Below are positions 1 through 8,848 of a stretch of DNA of 64,000 nucleotides, piece by piece. Position 1 is the stretch's first letter, and every line of letters begins with the position of its first letter. The DNA comes from Pseudomonadota bacterium. Its GTDB lineage: Bacteria > Pseudomonadota > Alphaproteobacteria > Rhizobiales > JACESI01. Made by a program: the position numbers and the translations under genes. The notes under the pieces are model-generated. The model did no database searches. It was not told where the DNA came from and worked only from the letters and a program-made list of their open reading frames with translations. The stretch lies in NCBI GenBank assembly GCA_039180865.1, contig JBCDCZ010000001.1:5492-69491 (forward strand), in the 5' to 3' direction.

Positions 1-765
1 TGCGGATACGGCGCGCTTGTTCGGCTTGGCGGAGGCAGCCTGAAAAGCCTGATGACCGTCCTGGTTCTGGGGCTTGCCGCCCTTTCGACCCAGCGGGGGC
101 TTTTAGCCCTCGGGCGAACGCAGACAACAGACCGGGCCGTTGTTGATTTTTCCGAAGCAGGCGATCAGTCCATTCCGAGTCTTCTGTCTCATTTCGTGGG
201 CTTCAACCTCACCTTGCCAGTAACGATCCTCATCGTTGCTGCTCTCCTATACTGGATCTTCAAGGACAGTGCATTTCGCGCCAACAAATCCGGTGTTTCG
301 ACCGGTCTCATTGTCGGTTTCATCATCGCGAGCGGCTGGTGGATCACGTCTTATTTGAGCGGCCAATCCTTTCACCCCGTTCAGGTGGAATCGGCGAGCT
401 TCGTCGCGCCCATTTCAGACGTGATAATGCAATTCGGCATCGTCACGGGTATCGGCCCGGATTACGGCGTCGGCATGGTTGCAGGCGTCGTCTTGGGCTC
501 GGCGATTGCTGCGCGTTTGGCAGATAATGTGCGTTGGGAGGCTTGCGATGATGCCCGCGAATTGAGCCGCCATATCCTCGGCGCGCTTCTAATGGGCTTC
601 GGCGGTGTGCTCGCGATTGGCTGTACCATTGGCCAGGGGATCAGCGCCGCTTCGCTCCTCGCCGTGTCAGTTCCAATTACCATGGGGTCGATCCTGATCG
701 GTGCCCGGATCGGTCTTGCCTGGCTCCTTGAGGGGGATATCAGCTCAGTCTTCAGGATGGGTTGA
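1..765 (+). CDS. YeeE/YedE-family (sulfur-compound transport-like) membrane protein, 5' end beyond window edge
   Basis: The frame is open from nt 1 (CGYGALVRLGGGSLKSL precedes the ATG at 52). Polytopic membrane protein with a GCTIGQG motif typical of the YeeE/YedE family. Confidence 0.6.
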   Translation, partial: CGYGALVRLGGGSLKSLMTVLVLGLAALSTQRGLLALGRTQTTDRAVVDFSEAGDQSIPSLLSHFVGFNLTLPVTILIVAALLYWIFKDSAFRANKSGVSTGLIVGFIIASGWWITSYLSGQSFHPVQVESASFVAPISDVIMQFGIVTGIGPDYGVGMVAGVVLGSAIAARLADNVRWEACDDARELSRHILGALLMGFGGVLAIGCTIGQGISAASLLAVSVPITMGSILIGARIGLAWLLEGDISSVFRMG

Positions 766-1711
766 AGCGATAGCCTTTGGCCGTTTTATCAACGCGTCCG
801 ACGCCCTCATTCGGAAGGTGATATCCAACAAATCTCATCGCGTCGGCGCTGAGTTGATCAAGGAGTGCCTTACGGGTCTTCATACCTTGTTCGGGATCAT
901 GATCTGTACCGGACGGCCATTCGGGCTTTTCAAATGAAATGATATAGTTCGTCAGTGCGTCACCGAGCACCATAACGGGGTCGCCCACACCATGGATCAC
1001 GAAAGACGTATGGCCCGGTGTATGCCCATTGGTGTCGACCGCTTCCACGCCTGCGACGATTTCCGCTCCCGGTTCAAACAGTTTCACCTGTTCCGCAATC
1101 GCATCAAGGCGATTCTTGGCTCCAACCGCGAAGGGTTTTCGCGCCTCCGGCATCAGATCGAGCGTTTCGGGGTTCCTCCAGAAATCAAACTCCGCGCGCG
1201 ATATATGAAGGTCCGCTTCGGAGAAAAGAATATCGTCGAAGTCATCGAGAATGCCCCATAGATGGTCAGGATGAGCGTGAGTGAACACCACATCGGTGAT
1301 TTCATCGGGCGCAACGCCGATGGCATCAAGATTGTCTGCCAGATCTCCGGCGCTCGGTATGAAATTAGATCCTGACCCTGCGTCGAATAGAACAAGCCTG
1401 TTCTCGCTTCGCATGAGCGTCAGATTGAGAGCATTTTCCACAAACTCGCCATCGACGATGAGATCGCCCAGCGCCTCGTTGAGGTCCTCTTGCGCGATAT
1501 CGGGAAAGATGAACGACAACGGAAGGCGCAGATACCCATCGCTGATAGTCACGATTTCCAGACCGTTTCCCTTTGCGACCACTTTGGCGCTGACGCTTCT
1601 CACCATGTCGGGCAACGCAAGAGACGTGCCCATGGCGATTGAGAGTTTAAGTAGAGTGCGTCTGTTCATCCCATTCCTCCGTGGGCGTGGCTTGCCTCCA
1701 AGGCTGCTCAT
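752..1711 (-). CDS. Exported metallo-beta-lactamase-fold hydrolase
   Basis: 319-aa ORF with a twin-arginine signal (NRRTLLKLSIAMGTSLALP) and the HAHPDH metal-binding motif of the MBL fold. Confidence 0.75.
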   Translation of the reverse strand: MSSLGGKPRPRRNGMNRRTLLKLSIAMGTSLALPDMVRSVSAKVVAKGNGLEIVTISDGYLRLPLSFIFPDIAQEDLNEALGDLIVDGEFVENALNLTLMRSENRLVLFDAGSGSNFIPSAGDLADNLDAIGVAPDEITDVVFTHAHPDHLWGILDDFDDILFSEADLHISRAEFDFWRNPETLDLMPEARKPFAVGAKNRLDAIAEQVKLFEPGAEIVAGVEAVDTNGHTPGHTSFVIHGVGDPVMVLGDALTNYIISFEKPEWPSGTDHDPEQGMKTRKALLDQLSADAMRFVGYHLPNEGVGRVDKTAKGYRFNPS

Positions 1712-1959
1712 GCAGCCACTTTGCGCGCATACATCGGAGCATTCATAGCAACTGGGCCGCGCTTCCCATCACAAATGGGAAGGCTTATTTCCAACACATA
1801 TGAAAAATACTATGTTTTAAAAATTACAGCGTTTCCAAAGCGAGTCAATAAACATTCGATTTTTTGAATGTTTGAGTTTCAATTTCAATTTAAGAGACTT
1901 AAGTTTCCGCAGGTACGCAAATCGTGCGCACCCAAGGCCTCGAAAGAGAGGAGAACACT

Positions 1960-3492
1960 ATGTCCGTAACGCTCCTTTATTCTCGCCTTGTCCTTCCGGT
2001 CACACTGATGCTTGTGTCAGCAGCATCAATGGCCTTGGAAATCGTCGCTGGCCGGGCGCTGGCCCCCTATGTGGGGATGTCGCTCTATTCCTGGACCGTT
2101 ATCATCGCGGTCGTCCTTGCCGGGCTTTCAATCGGCCACTGGCTGGGAGGATCGATCGCTGACCGCTACACCGCCCTCAGGATCTGGGTCGCCGGAACCC
2201 TTGCGGTTGCAACGATCACTACTCTCGCAAGCCTCGGACTTTTGAAAGTGATCGAGCCGGCTGTTTCCGGCTCAGATCCGATCAGCCATGTGGCCTGGCT
2301 TTCCATGGGCGCCTTTTTCGCCCCGAGCGCACTTGCCGGGATTATCTCTCCGGTGCTCACCAAAATCGCACTGGATGAAACCGAACCGAACCGGCATGGC
2401 CGGGTCCTGGGTCTGATGTTTGCCCTCGGGGCCTTCGGTGCAATTGTCGGCACGCTGCTTGCCGGATTGGTGTTCATTTCCTGGATCGGAACCGCCGGTT
2501 CCGTCATCGTGATTGCAGCGCTTTACGGTCTGTTATCACTGGCGTTCTTGCCGGGTGTTTTCAAGGCTGCGGCCAGCGTTGCTTTGGTGGTCGTAACCCT
2601 CCTGGCATTCTATCAACCGCAACGCCTTGGACTTGCTACCTCTTGCCTTGAGGAGACTTCGTACTTCTGTGTCAGGGTGGATGACGTTGTCTTCAACGGT
2701 CGTCAATCCAGGTTGATGGCGCTCGATCATCTCGCCCATGGAATCAATGATGCTCAAGATCCCGAATTGCTCTTGAGCGCCTATGTCCAAGGGGTGGACG
2801 AGATCGTACGGACACGCTTCCCGAACCCAGACATCAGCGCTTTTTTCATGGGTGGAGGCGCCTATACCTTGCCGCGCGCCTGGCAATCAGCCTATCCGGA
2901 AGGTCGTTTCACCATTGCGGAAATTGATCCGGCGGTCACGCGGATTGCCGATGAGGAATTCTGGTTTGATCCTGGCGCAAATACCAGGATTCTCCATGGC
3001 GATGCGCGCCGGATCTTGTTCGAGCTGCCGCAAAGAGAAACCTTTGACGTAATCTTTGGCGACGCCTTCCATGACATTACCATCCCGCCCCACCTCGTCT
3101 CTGACGAGTTCCACGCGCTGGTAAAATCAAGATTGAATGATGGCGGGATTTACGTGGTGAATGTACTGGAACGTTTTGGTCAGCCGGCCCTCTTGCTGTC
3201 GCTCGTGAAAACGCTGCAAGCCCGCTTTAACACCGTCGAACTCTGGCTTGACCTCGATTCGGTTCCTGAAGTCGATGCGCGGGTGACATGGATTGTCGTA
3301 GCAACCGATATCCCGACACCCACCGGCACCTTTGAAGCGAAGAATGGATTTTATCGTCAATGGGCGCGCGCCCCGATCCAGCGCATGGGGGAGATCGTTG
3401 GAGAGGATAAGCTCGTCTTTCTCACTGATGATTATGCACCGGTTGACCGACTGTTATCCGGCGTACTCCTAGATGCTCGATTGAGCGAGTGA
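1960..3492 (+). CDS. Fused polytopic membrane / spermidine-synthase-like protein
   Basis: ORF 1924..3492. The ATG at 1960 follows a GAGGAG RBS. The N-terminal ~200 aa are multi-TM. The C-terminal part shows spermidine-synthase-type methyltransferase-fold motifs (GGGAYTLPR, IAEIDPAV, FGDAFHD). Confidence 0.65.
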   Translation: MSVTLLYSRLVLPVTLMLVSAASMALEIVAGRALAPYVGMSLYSWTVIIAVVLAGLSIGHWLGGSIADRYTALRIWVAGTLAVATITTLASLGLLKVIEPAVSGSDPISHVAWLSMGAFFAPSALAGIISPVLTKIALDETEPNRHGRVLGLMFALGAFGAIVGTLLAGLVFISWIGTAGSVIVIAALYGLLSLAFLPGVFKAAASVALVVVTLLAFYQPQRLGLATSCLEETSYFCVRVDDVVFNGRQSRLMALDHLAHGINDAQDPELLLSAYVQGVDEIVRTRFPNPDISAFFMGGGAYTLPRAWQSAYPEGRFTIAEIDPAVTRIADEEFWFDPGANTRILHGDARRILFELPQRETFDVIFGDAFHDITIPPHLVSDEFHALVKSRLNDGGIYVVNVLERFGQPALLLSLVKTLQARFNTVELWLDLDSVPEVDARVTWIVVATDIPTPTGTFEAKNGFYRQWARAPIQRMGEIVGEDKLVFLTDDYAPVDRLLSGVLLDARLSE

Positions 3493-3519
3493 TAAGCGCA
3501 TACGCCAGTGAAAACGAAC

Positions 3520-3783
3520 CTAGACTTTTCTCATAAGGTTCACGATCGACCAGCCGACCACCGACGTCGCGCCGATCCAAATGACGAGGGCGGCATAACC
3601 GCCAAACATCAGAACCAAACTAATTGGCGGAACGATAAGGCATAGCCGTGACAAAAAACCGAATAGTGATGAGCCTTCGGTTTTGGATTTCAGTGCGCGG
3701 TGACGCTTGGGATCCGCAAAACAAAGGTAAGCCAACCCAAGGAAACTGATCAGGACAGCGGCAAAAGAGAGTAATGCCGTCAT
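3520..3783 (-). CDS. Small membrane protein, DUF3325-like partner of PepSY-TM proteins
   Basis: 87-aa hydrophobic ORF with an ATGA start/stop overlap with the upstream PepSY remnant. Paralogous to the frameshifted gene at 19154..19539 (AALVIWIGATSVVGWS vs AAFAIWIGAILVIGWS). Confidence 0.55.
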   Translation of the reverse strand: MTALLSFAAVLISFLGLAYLCFADPKRHRALKSKTEGSSLFGFLSRLCLIVPPISLVLMFGGYAALVIWIGATSVVGWSIVNLMRKV

Positions 3784-4540
3784 TCCTCCGGCTCCCCAGC
3801 CGCGATGGGCGCCCGTTTTTTCAAAACCAGTCTCCCAAGAACTGCAAGCCCGATTGCCACCAGAATGAAATCAATTCCGACCACAGTGAATTGTGCGTTT
3901 TCCAGCGATTCTAACCAACTCGATCCAGTTGTGGCTTGTCTGGTGATTGGCAAGGCAAAGCAGAGTAAACCTGCCAATGCTTGAAAGGCTGCGGTCGCGT
4001 AGGGAACGAGTAATCCGAAGGGGACGAGTAGGCACGCGGAGATTACAAACCCTGCTGGCGTCCACCAGGATGCGGTTCCACTTGAAACGGTCAGGAAATA
4101 AAAAACCGCTGTCGATAGGACTGCGAGCGGAAGTCCCCAAACCATTGTATCGATCGCTCGTCCATACATGCGCCATGAAAGATTTTGTTCCCGTCGACGG
4201 ACCCAGAGCTGCAATCCGCTAGCAACACCGAATGCCATGCCGAGCCCAAGCGCCAACCAAGAAACTCTGGACGCTAATCCTGCAAAATCACCGAAATGTA
4301 ACGGACCCATAAGGCTGAAGGCGGCAGACCCCGCTGACGGAGCCGTCCCCAACGACGGTCTTTCCCCGACGAAAGTGCCATCCGTTCCGTTAAAAGCCAA
4401 TTGCTTTCCTGCACTGTATCCTGAAACCCTACACGTGCCAGCTTGGTACTATAACATCTGCGGCTCTACCAAGAGTGTCGCAGGTGCCGTAAAAAACTCT
4501 ATCTGCCGTTTGAGCTGTGGGGCGAAGAAGTGAGGGTCCG
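3780..4540 (-). pseudogene. 5'-truncated remnant of a PepSY-associated TM-helix protein
   Basis: The ORF 3780..4400 (TTG start) aligns to roughly the C-terminal 200 aa of the intact 526-aa paralogue at 19536..21116 (FNG.DG.F.G, PLHFGDF.GLAS, LALGLGMAF, LQ.WVRRR). Homology continues upstream (SAGKQLAFNG vs LTGQQMAFNG) across an in-frame stop at 4449..4451. About 270-320 N-terminal codons are missing. Confidence 0.65.
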
Positions 4541-4572
4541 AAAACAGGGGCTGGGTGCGTAGAGGATCCTTG

Positions 4573-6924
4573 TCAAAATGAAATGGTCCCGGCAATGCCA
4601 AACGTGCGCGGTCGCCCTACAGTCACTGTGCTATCGCCAAAATTTTCGGTGATAAACCGGTTATCCGCTACATTGTTGATAAACCCGTCTATTCGACCGA
4701 CGACCCTGTCGCTGATACTGTATTCGTAGCCGGCGGCGAGGTCGACCACCACGTAGCTATCAAGGTCTGGTACGTCTATATCGACGAAAGTTGAGCCCAC
4801 AAATCGCGCGTTAACCGAGGCGGAAAAACCGGAATCGGACGTATAAGAAAGGCTGCCATTTGCCGTTACTCCCGGTGCACGAGGAAGATCAGCACCTTGC
4901 AACTCTGTGACAACCGGGCCGGCGTCGGTAATCTCCGTGTCGAGCAAGCCGAGCCCCGCACTCAGTGTCAGACCATCCAGTATTTCAAAACTCCCGTCGA
5001 GTTCCAATCCAATACCGCGGGCCACGGGCACATTTCCGATGAGGATGGCGCCGGGAGGATTGTCAGGGGCAGCGCCACCAACCTGAGCGTCCAAGAACCT
5101 ATAATAAAAGGCACTAGCATTCAGATTCAGCCTGCCATCCAATTGCTGAGTTTTCAGGAAAATCTCATGTTGCCTCAAGCGCTCGGAGCCAAACTCTGAA
5201 ATTGCCCCACTCGGAGTGAAGATATCAAAATCAGTACCACCTGGACGAAACCCTTGAGAATAGGTGTATCCAATGCCGAGATTATCATCGAAATCGTATC
5301 TCAGACCGACCTTTGGAATAAAAGCAGTTTCGCTGACTGAAGTATCACTCACATTGGGCGTGGGTAAGCCAAAGGGCGTAAACGAGATAAAACGATCTCT
5401 ATCGTCAATCTCGACGCGCGCCCCCGCTATCAGGGTGAGCTTATCAGTTATGTCAAATTCAGCCTCTCCAAATATACCAATATTGTTGATTTCGGCATCA
5501 AGAGTGAGTGGCAAGAAAAACGGAGTATTTTCGCCCTCATCCGCCTGGTTTTCATAAGCGACACCAAACAGACCTTTGGATAGTCGACCAAAATCCTGAA
5601 ATCTAACAAATCCCTCAGCGACAATCGTTTCAGTGCTTTGTTCAAAATCAAAGAAGAAGTTCAGTCCAGAAGGAAAGATAAATGTGTTGTCAAGAAAAGC
5701 CGCCTTTGCTTCAAACACAATTCTGTCGGACAATTCATATTTGATAGAGCCGGAATAAGTGCGTTGGTCAATTTCGTCCGCTGTTGAGTCAGGGTTGAAG
5801 GTTGATAATTCCAGCGCATCGCCCGGGGCATCGACTTCACCAGGTATTGACAGACCAGATCTTGTCGTATCATCGACACTGAATTTCACTTCCAAGCCAG
5901 GCACAGCCGTCGGTGTAAAGAGTATTTTCCCGCGGAACCGGCGAAATTCCTCATCCTCTACGAAAGCGGCACTTTCAGCCGACAGGCCGAAAGGGGGAGG
6001 AGCCGCAATTGGCAAAACCTCGACAAATGACTCGCCGTCGGACGCCTCAGCCGTAAAACGAATTGCAAGTTGTTCATCAACGATCGGTACATTGAAAAGG
6101 AGAGCCCCTCCAACGGTTCCGTCCTGATTGAAGTAGTTCAAGCGTGCTTTGCCCTCCAATTTGTTGGTTGGGTCTTTTGTTTGCACGCGCACGGCACCTG
6201 CAAAAGCGTTCCTGCCCGTGGTGGTGGCTTGCGGTCCCCGTGCAACCTCAATCGCCTCGACATCCCACACGCTGTTCAATGAGGGACCAGCATTGACTGT
6301 CAGCGGTCGGGGGACCCCGTCGACAATAATCGGTACCCGCGGCTGAGCGCCGGTCGAAAACGCGCTCGCATTTCCGACAGGCGATCCATCAATACCTCTG
6401 ATCGATGGCAGGTCAGCTCCTTCCTCATTCAAAACATTTGGTATTCCCTGGATTGCTTCCCGCTGATCGAAATTTTGTGGCCGGTCAACATCGTCGCTCA
6501 AAACAACAATGCTGGGCGTGATCTCCTGTAGGCTCCGCCCAATCTTTTCGCCTTCGACAATCACGACTTCATCGAGCAGAAAGTCGTTGTCCTGCGACGA
6601 CCCGACGCCCTGCCGATTGTTTTCTGTTAAAGCGAAACTGCGGTCCGCGAGTTCCAGAAAAGACAAGCCGGAGCCGGCCACCATGGACTTCAAAGCTTCA
6701 TCGACGGTCAGTTTACCCCTAACCGATTTGCTTGTCTTGCCGTGAACGAGGCGCGCATCTGCAAGGATTGCGTGTCCCGTCTCCCGACTCAATTCATCAA
6801 TTGCCGCCGCAAGCGGCTGAGCCGGTACATCGATTGATTGAGCCTCTTGTGCCGCACCCTGTACGGTTCCCACTACTCCGAACGCGACGGACATTGCTGT
6901 CGTCATCAGCTTGTTTTTGAACAC
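4573..6924 (-). CDS. TonB-dependent transducer (receptor with N-terminal STN signalling domain), cassette 1
   Basis: 783 aa. Signal peptide, then an STN-like segment (DVPAQPLAAAIDELSRETG...GKLTVDEALKSMVAGSGL), a plug (IEVARGPQATTTGRNA) and a beta-barrel ending in ...GTISF. It lies downstream of a sigma/FecR pair. Confidence 0.9.
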   Translation of the reverse strand: MFKNKLMTTAMSVAFGVVGTVQGAAQEAQSIDVPAQPLAAAIDELSRETGHAILADARLVHGKTSKSVRGKLTVDEALKSMVAGSGLSFLELADRSFALTENNRQGVGSSQDNDFLLDEVVIVEGEKIGRSLQEITPSIVVLSDDVDRPQNFDQREAIQGIPNVLNEEGADLPSIRGIDGSPVGNASAFSTGAQPRVPIIVDGVPRPLTVNAGPSLNSVWDVEAIEVARGPQATTTGRNAFAGAVRVQTKDPTNKLEGKARLNYFNQDGTVGGALLFNVPIVDEQLAIRFTAEASDGESFVEVLPIAAPPPFGLSAESAAFVEDEEFRRFRGKILFTPTAVPGLEVKFSVDDTTRSGLSIPGEVDAPGDALELSTFNPDSTADEIDQRTYSGSIKYELSDRIVFEAKAAFLDNTFIFPSGLNFFFDFEQSTETIVAEGFVRFQDFGRLSKGLFGVAYENQADEGENTPFFLPLTLDAEINNIGIFGEAEFDITDKLTLIAGARVEIDDRDRFISFTPFGLPTPNVSDTSVSETAFIPKVGLRYDFDDNLGIGYTYSQGFRPGGTDFDIFTPSGAISEFGSERLRQHEIFLKTQQLDGRLNLNASAFYYRFLDAQVGGAAPDNPPGAILIGNVPVARGIGLELDGSFEILDGLTLSAGLGLLDTEITDAGPVVTELQGADLPRAPGVTANGSLSYTSDSGFSASVNARFVGSTFVDIDVPDLDSYVVVDLAAGYEYSISDRVVGRIDGFINNVADNRFITENFGDSTVTVGRPRTFGIAGTISF

Positions 6925-6998
6925 GCTTTTTCCCCATTTCCTGTCCCCGAGAGAATGCGTCTCTCATTGACCTAACAATCGGGATTGCGTTTTTTTCC

Positions 6999-7024
6999 AA
7001 AAAAAACTGACTTTTTTTATCAAG
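6999..7024 (-). promoter_or_regulatory. Conserved A/T-tract box upstream of transducer 1 (candidate ECF-dependent promoter element)
   Basis: On the sense strand it reads GATAAAAAAAGTCAGTTTTTTTT, 75-100 bp upstream of the transducer start. Equivalent boxes lie at the same distance in cassettes 2 and 3. Confidence 0.3.
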
Positions 7025-7030
7025 TTCAGC

Positions 7031-7948
7031 TCACTGCTCAGAAACGATCGTTACAAAAGGCGAAGCAGATCGAACTGTGCCGCCGGTGGTCGCGGCAACT
7101 GCTCTGAGTGCATCAATGGGACTTGAGAGGTTGAAGCGGCCCGCTGCTTCTCTGTTTGCAAGGTCCGCGCTTACCACGATCACCGGGCCCGGAAGTCTGC
7201 GGTCGATCATGGCGATCACCTCCCCAAATGTCATTCCTTCCGCAAGGATCAGATCCTCGCGCCAAGCGCCGACTGTCTTAATATCACCCCGTTCAAGGCT
7301 TGGTATTCCATCATCGGACCATCTGAATTGATCACCCGCTTCCAGACGCCAGATCCGCTCCTTTATGCGAACAATTACCTCTCCCACTGAAACACCGACG
7401 AGCAGTTGATCGTCAAGCATTGCGACTTCGAACTCGGTCCCGAGGACCTCAACTGAAACGTCATCGGCGGCGACAACAAACGGACGACTGTCTTCCTGAA
7501 CGTCAAAGTAGACTGCGCCTTGCAAAAGGGTCACATGGCGGATGTCGGCGGCGGAATTGTCAATCACAGCGGAAGATGCATCAAGGATGGCGATGTCGCC
7601 CGACGCAAGCATGATCGACCTTGTTTCGAACCGGGTCTTTTCATCGGCAAGCAGATAAATGGAAACGGGCTGGTAGAGCACATAGAGCAGAGCGCTCACG
7701 ATGATGAACACCAAGATGGACACCGAAGGCGGCCCTTTGGGCTTGGGCTTCAGTGCAAGTTTTGCCGCCTGAACTGCCTTTGCAACCTGATTGTATGCTT
7801 CACGTTCGGCTTCTCCGCGTGCGAGAAAGGCATCCCTGTCGCGTTGAGCCTGCAAATCGTCGGGATTTTCGTCGAGCCGCTCGAAAATATAAGCAGCTTC
7901 TTCAATGCGACGCGAATGGTCAGGATCCGACCCGTCCTTATCTGACAT
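7031..7948 (-). CDS. FecR-family anti-sigma factor / sigma regulator, cassette 1
   Basis: 305 aa with a cytoplasmic N-terminus, a single TM (SVSILVFIIVSALLYVLY) and a periplasmic FecR-type segment (VTLLQGAVYFDV...RPFVV...VEVLGTEFEV). Confidence 0.85.
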   Translation of the reverse strand: MSDKDGSDPDHSRRIEEAAYIFERLDENPDDLQAQRDRDAFLARGEAEREAYNQVAKAVQAAKLALKPKPKGPPSVSILVFIIVSALLYVLYQPVSIYLLADEKTRFETRSIMLASGDIAILDASSAVIDNSAADIRHVTLLQGAVYFDVQEDSRPFVVAADDVSVEVLGTEFEVAMLDDQLLVGVSVGEVIVRIKERIWRLEAGDQFRWSDDGIPSLERGDIKTVGAWREDLILAEGMTFGEVIAMIDRRLPGPVIVVSADLANREAAGRFNLSSPIDALRAVAATTGGTVRSASPFVTIVSEQ

Positions 7949-8019
7949 CAGGCGTCTTCCCGGTTTTCAGTGCCATCTACACCTATAACAATCAGCGGCA
8001 CGGAATTTTCCGAAAAAAC

Positions 8020-8499
8020 TTAACCGTTGAGGACTTTGGTGAGCCTGATCAGCGTGTCCATCACAAGGCCGTGCGCCTGCGAGAGTGACATATCGAGCCG
8101 TTTACTAATCTCGGCGAAGGTTAAACCATCAATGAACCGCATATGAAACGCCCGAACAGTACGATCAGGCAACGTTTCCAGAAAGCCGATCACTCTTTTG
8201 AGCTCCTCGCGCGCAATGACAATACGCTCAGAATCGAAATCGACATCTTCGAGAAGCTTCAGGTCCGATAAGATCCCGTGTTCCGTCTGCCGCGCTTTGA
8301 GCCAGTTCTTGGCAAGATTTGAGACAATCCTGCTGAAAATCGGTAACGCCTTGTCTGACGGATAGCTTTTGGTTGCCCAACGCAGCCAACTATCCTGAAC
8401 AAGCTCTTCTGCAATTGCGCGGCTTTTCACCATGCGTAAGGCGATTGCAATCAGACGTTCGCGTTCCGCTATAAAGGTTGTGAGGGCTGGATCCGCCAT
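8020..8499 (-). CDS. ECF (FecI-type) RNA polymerase sigma factor, cassette 1
   Basis: 159 aa. Region 2 (AEELVQDSWLRW) and the region 4 HTH (DGLTFAEISKRLDMSLSQAH) are present. It sits directly upstream of the FecR and transducer genes. Confidence 0.9.
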   Translation of the reverse strand: MADPALTTFIAERERLIAIALRMVKSRAIAEELVQDSWLRWATKSYPSDKALPIFSRIVSNLAKNWLKARQTEHGILSDLKLLEDVDFDSERIVIAREELKRVIGFLETLPDRTVRAFHMRFIDGLTFAEISKRLDMSLSQAHGLVMDTLIRLTKVLNG

Positions 8500-8634
8500 A
8501 TTCCCACCAATGCGACTGTAGAGGTGACAGCAACTTCAAGGTAGTCTTCAGAATGCCCACATATCGAGACACCAAACGAAAGTGTTTTGGACGATACCGG
8601 CATTTTGAGAATTCACTCTAGAAGTGGCGACACA

Positions 8635-8663
8635 CTGGCTGGCTCATAGATTTGGCTGGCTGG
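8635..8663. promoter_or_regulatory. CTGGCT direct-repeat box upstream of ECF sigma 1
   Basis: CTGGCTGGCTC-N10-CTGGCTGG, about 136 bp upstream of the sigma start. The same box is found at the equivalent position of the two paralogues. Confidence 0.5.
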
Positions 8664-8848
8664 TGCCGCATTAGTGCGCGGTCCCCCTTGGTGGTCAACC
8701 CGGACGGGTTTCAGCAAAGGATCTCTTCCCGCGACTGTGTTACCGCTGCAACATTCGTTCCAAGGGGCTCATCACGACGCGAGATGGTTTTTTACCTCTT
8801 CATCGTGGATATAAGCGGAATACAACACGGAATGGTAGTCCGGATGCG

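Noticed and set aside
6999-7024. The A/T-tract boxes after each fecR gene as rho-independent terminators
   Set aside because: No GC-rich stem precedes the T-tract. A position conserved relative to the downstream transducer start fits a promoter element better.
8500-8634. Fur, Irr (ICE) or RirA (IRO) boxes upstream of the three ECF sigma genes, e.g. TGAGAATTCACTC at ~8606 and TGTGAGAATTTGAG at ~12901
   Set aside because: Only half-site-level resemblance to the Fur 7-1-7 consensus. The segment is not shared by cassette 3, and there is no TTTAGAA-N3-TTCTAAA or TGA-N9-TCA match. This is insufficient to call.
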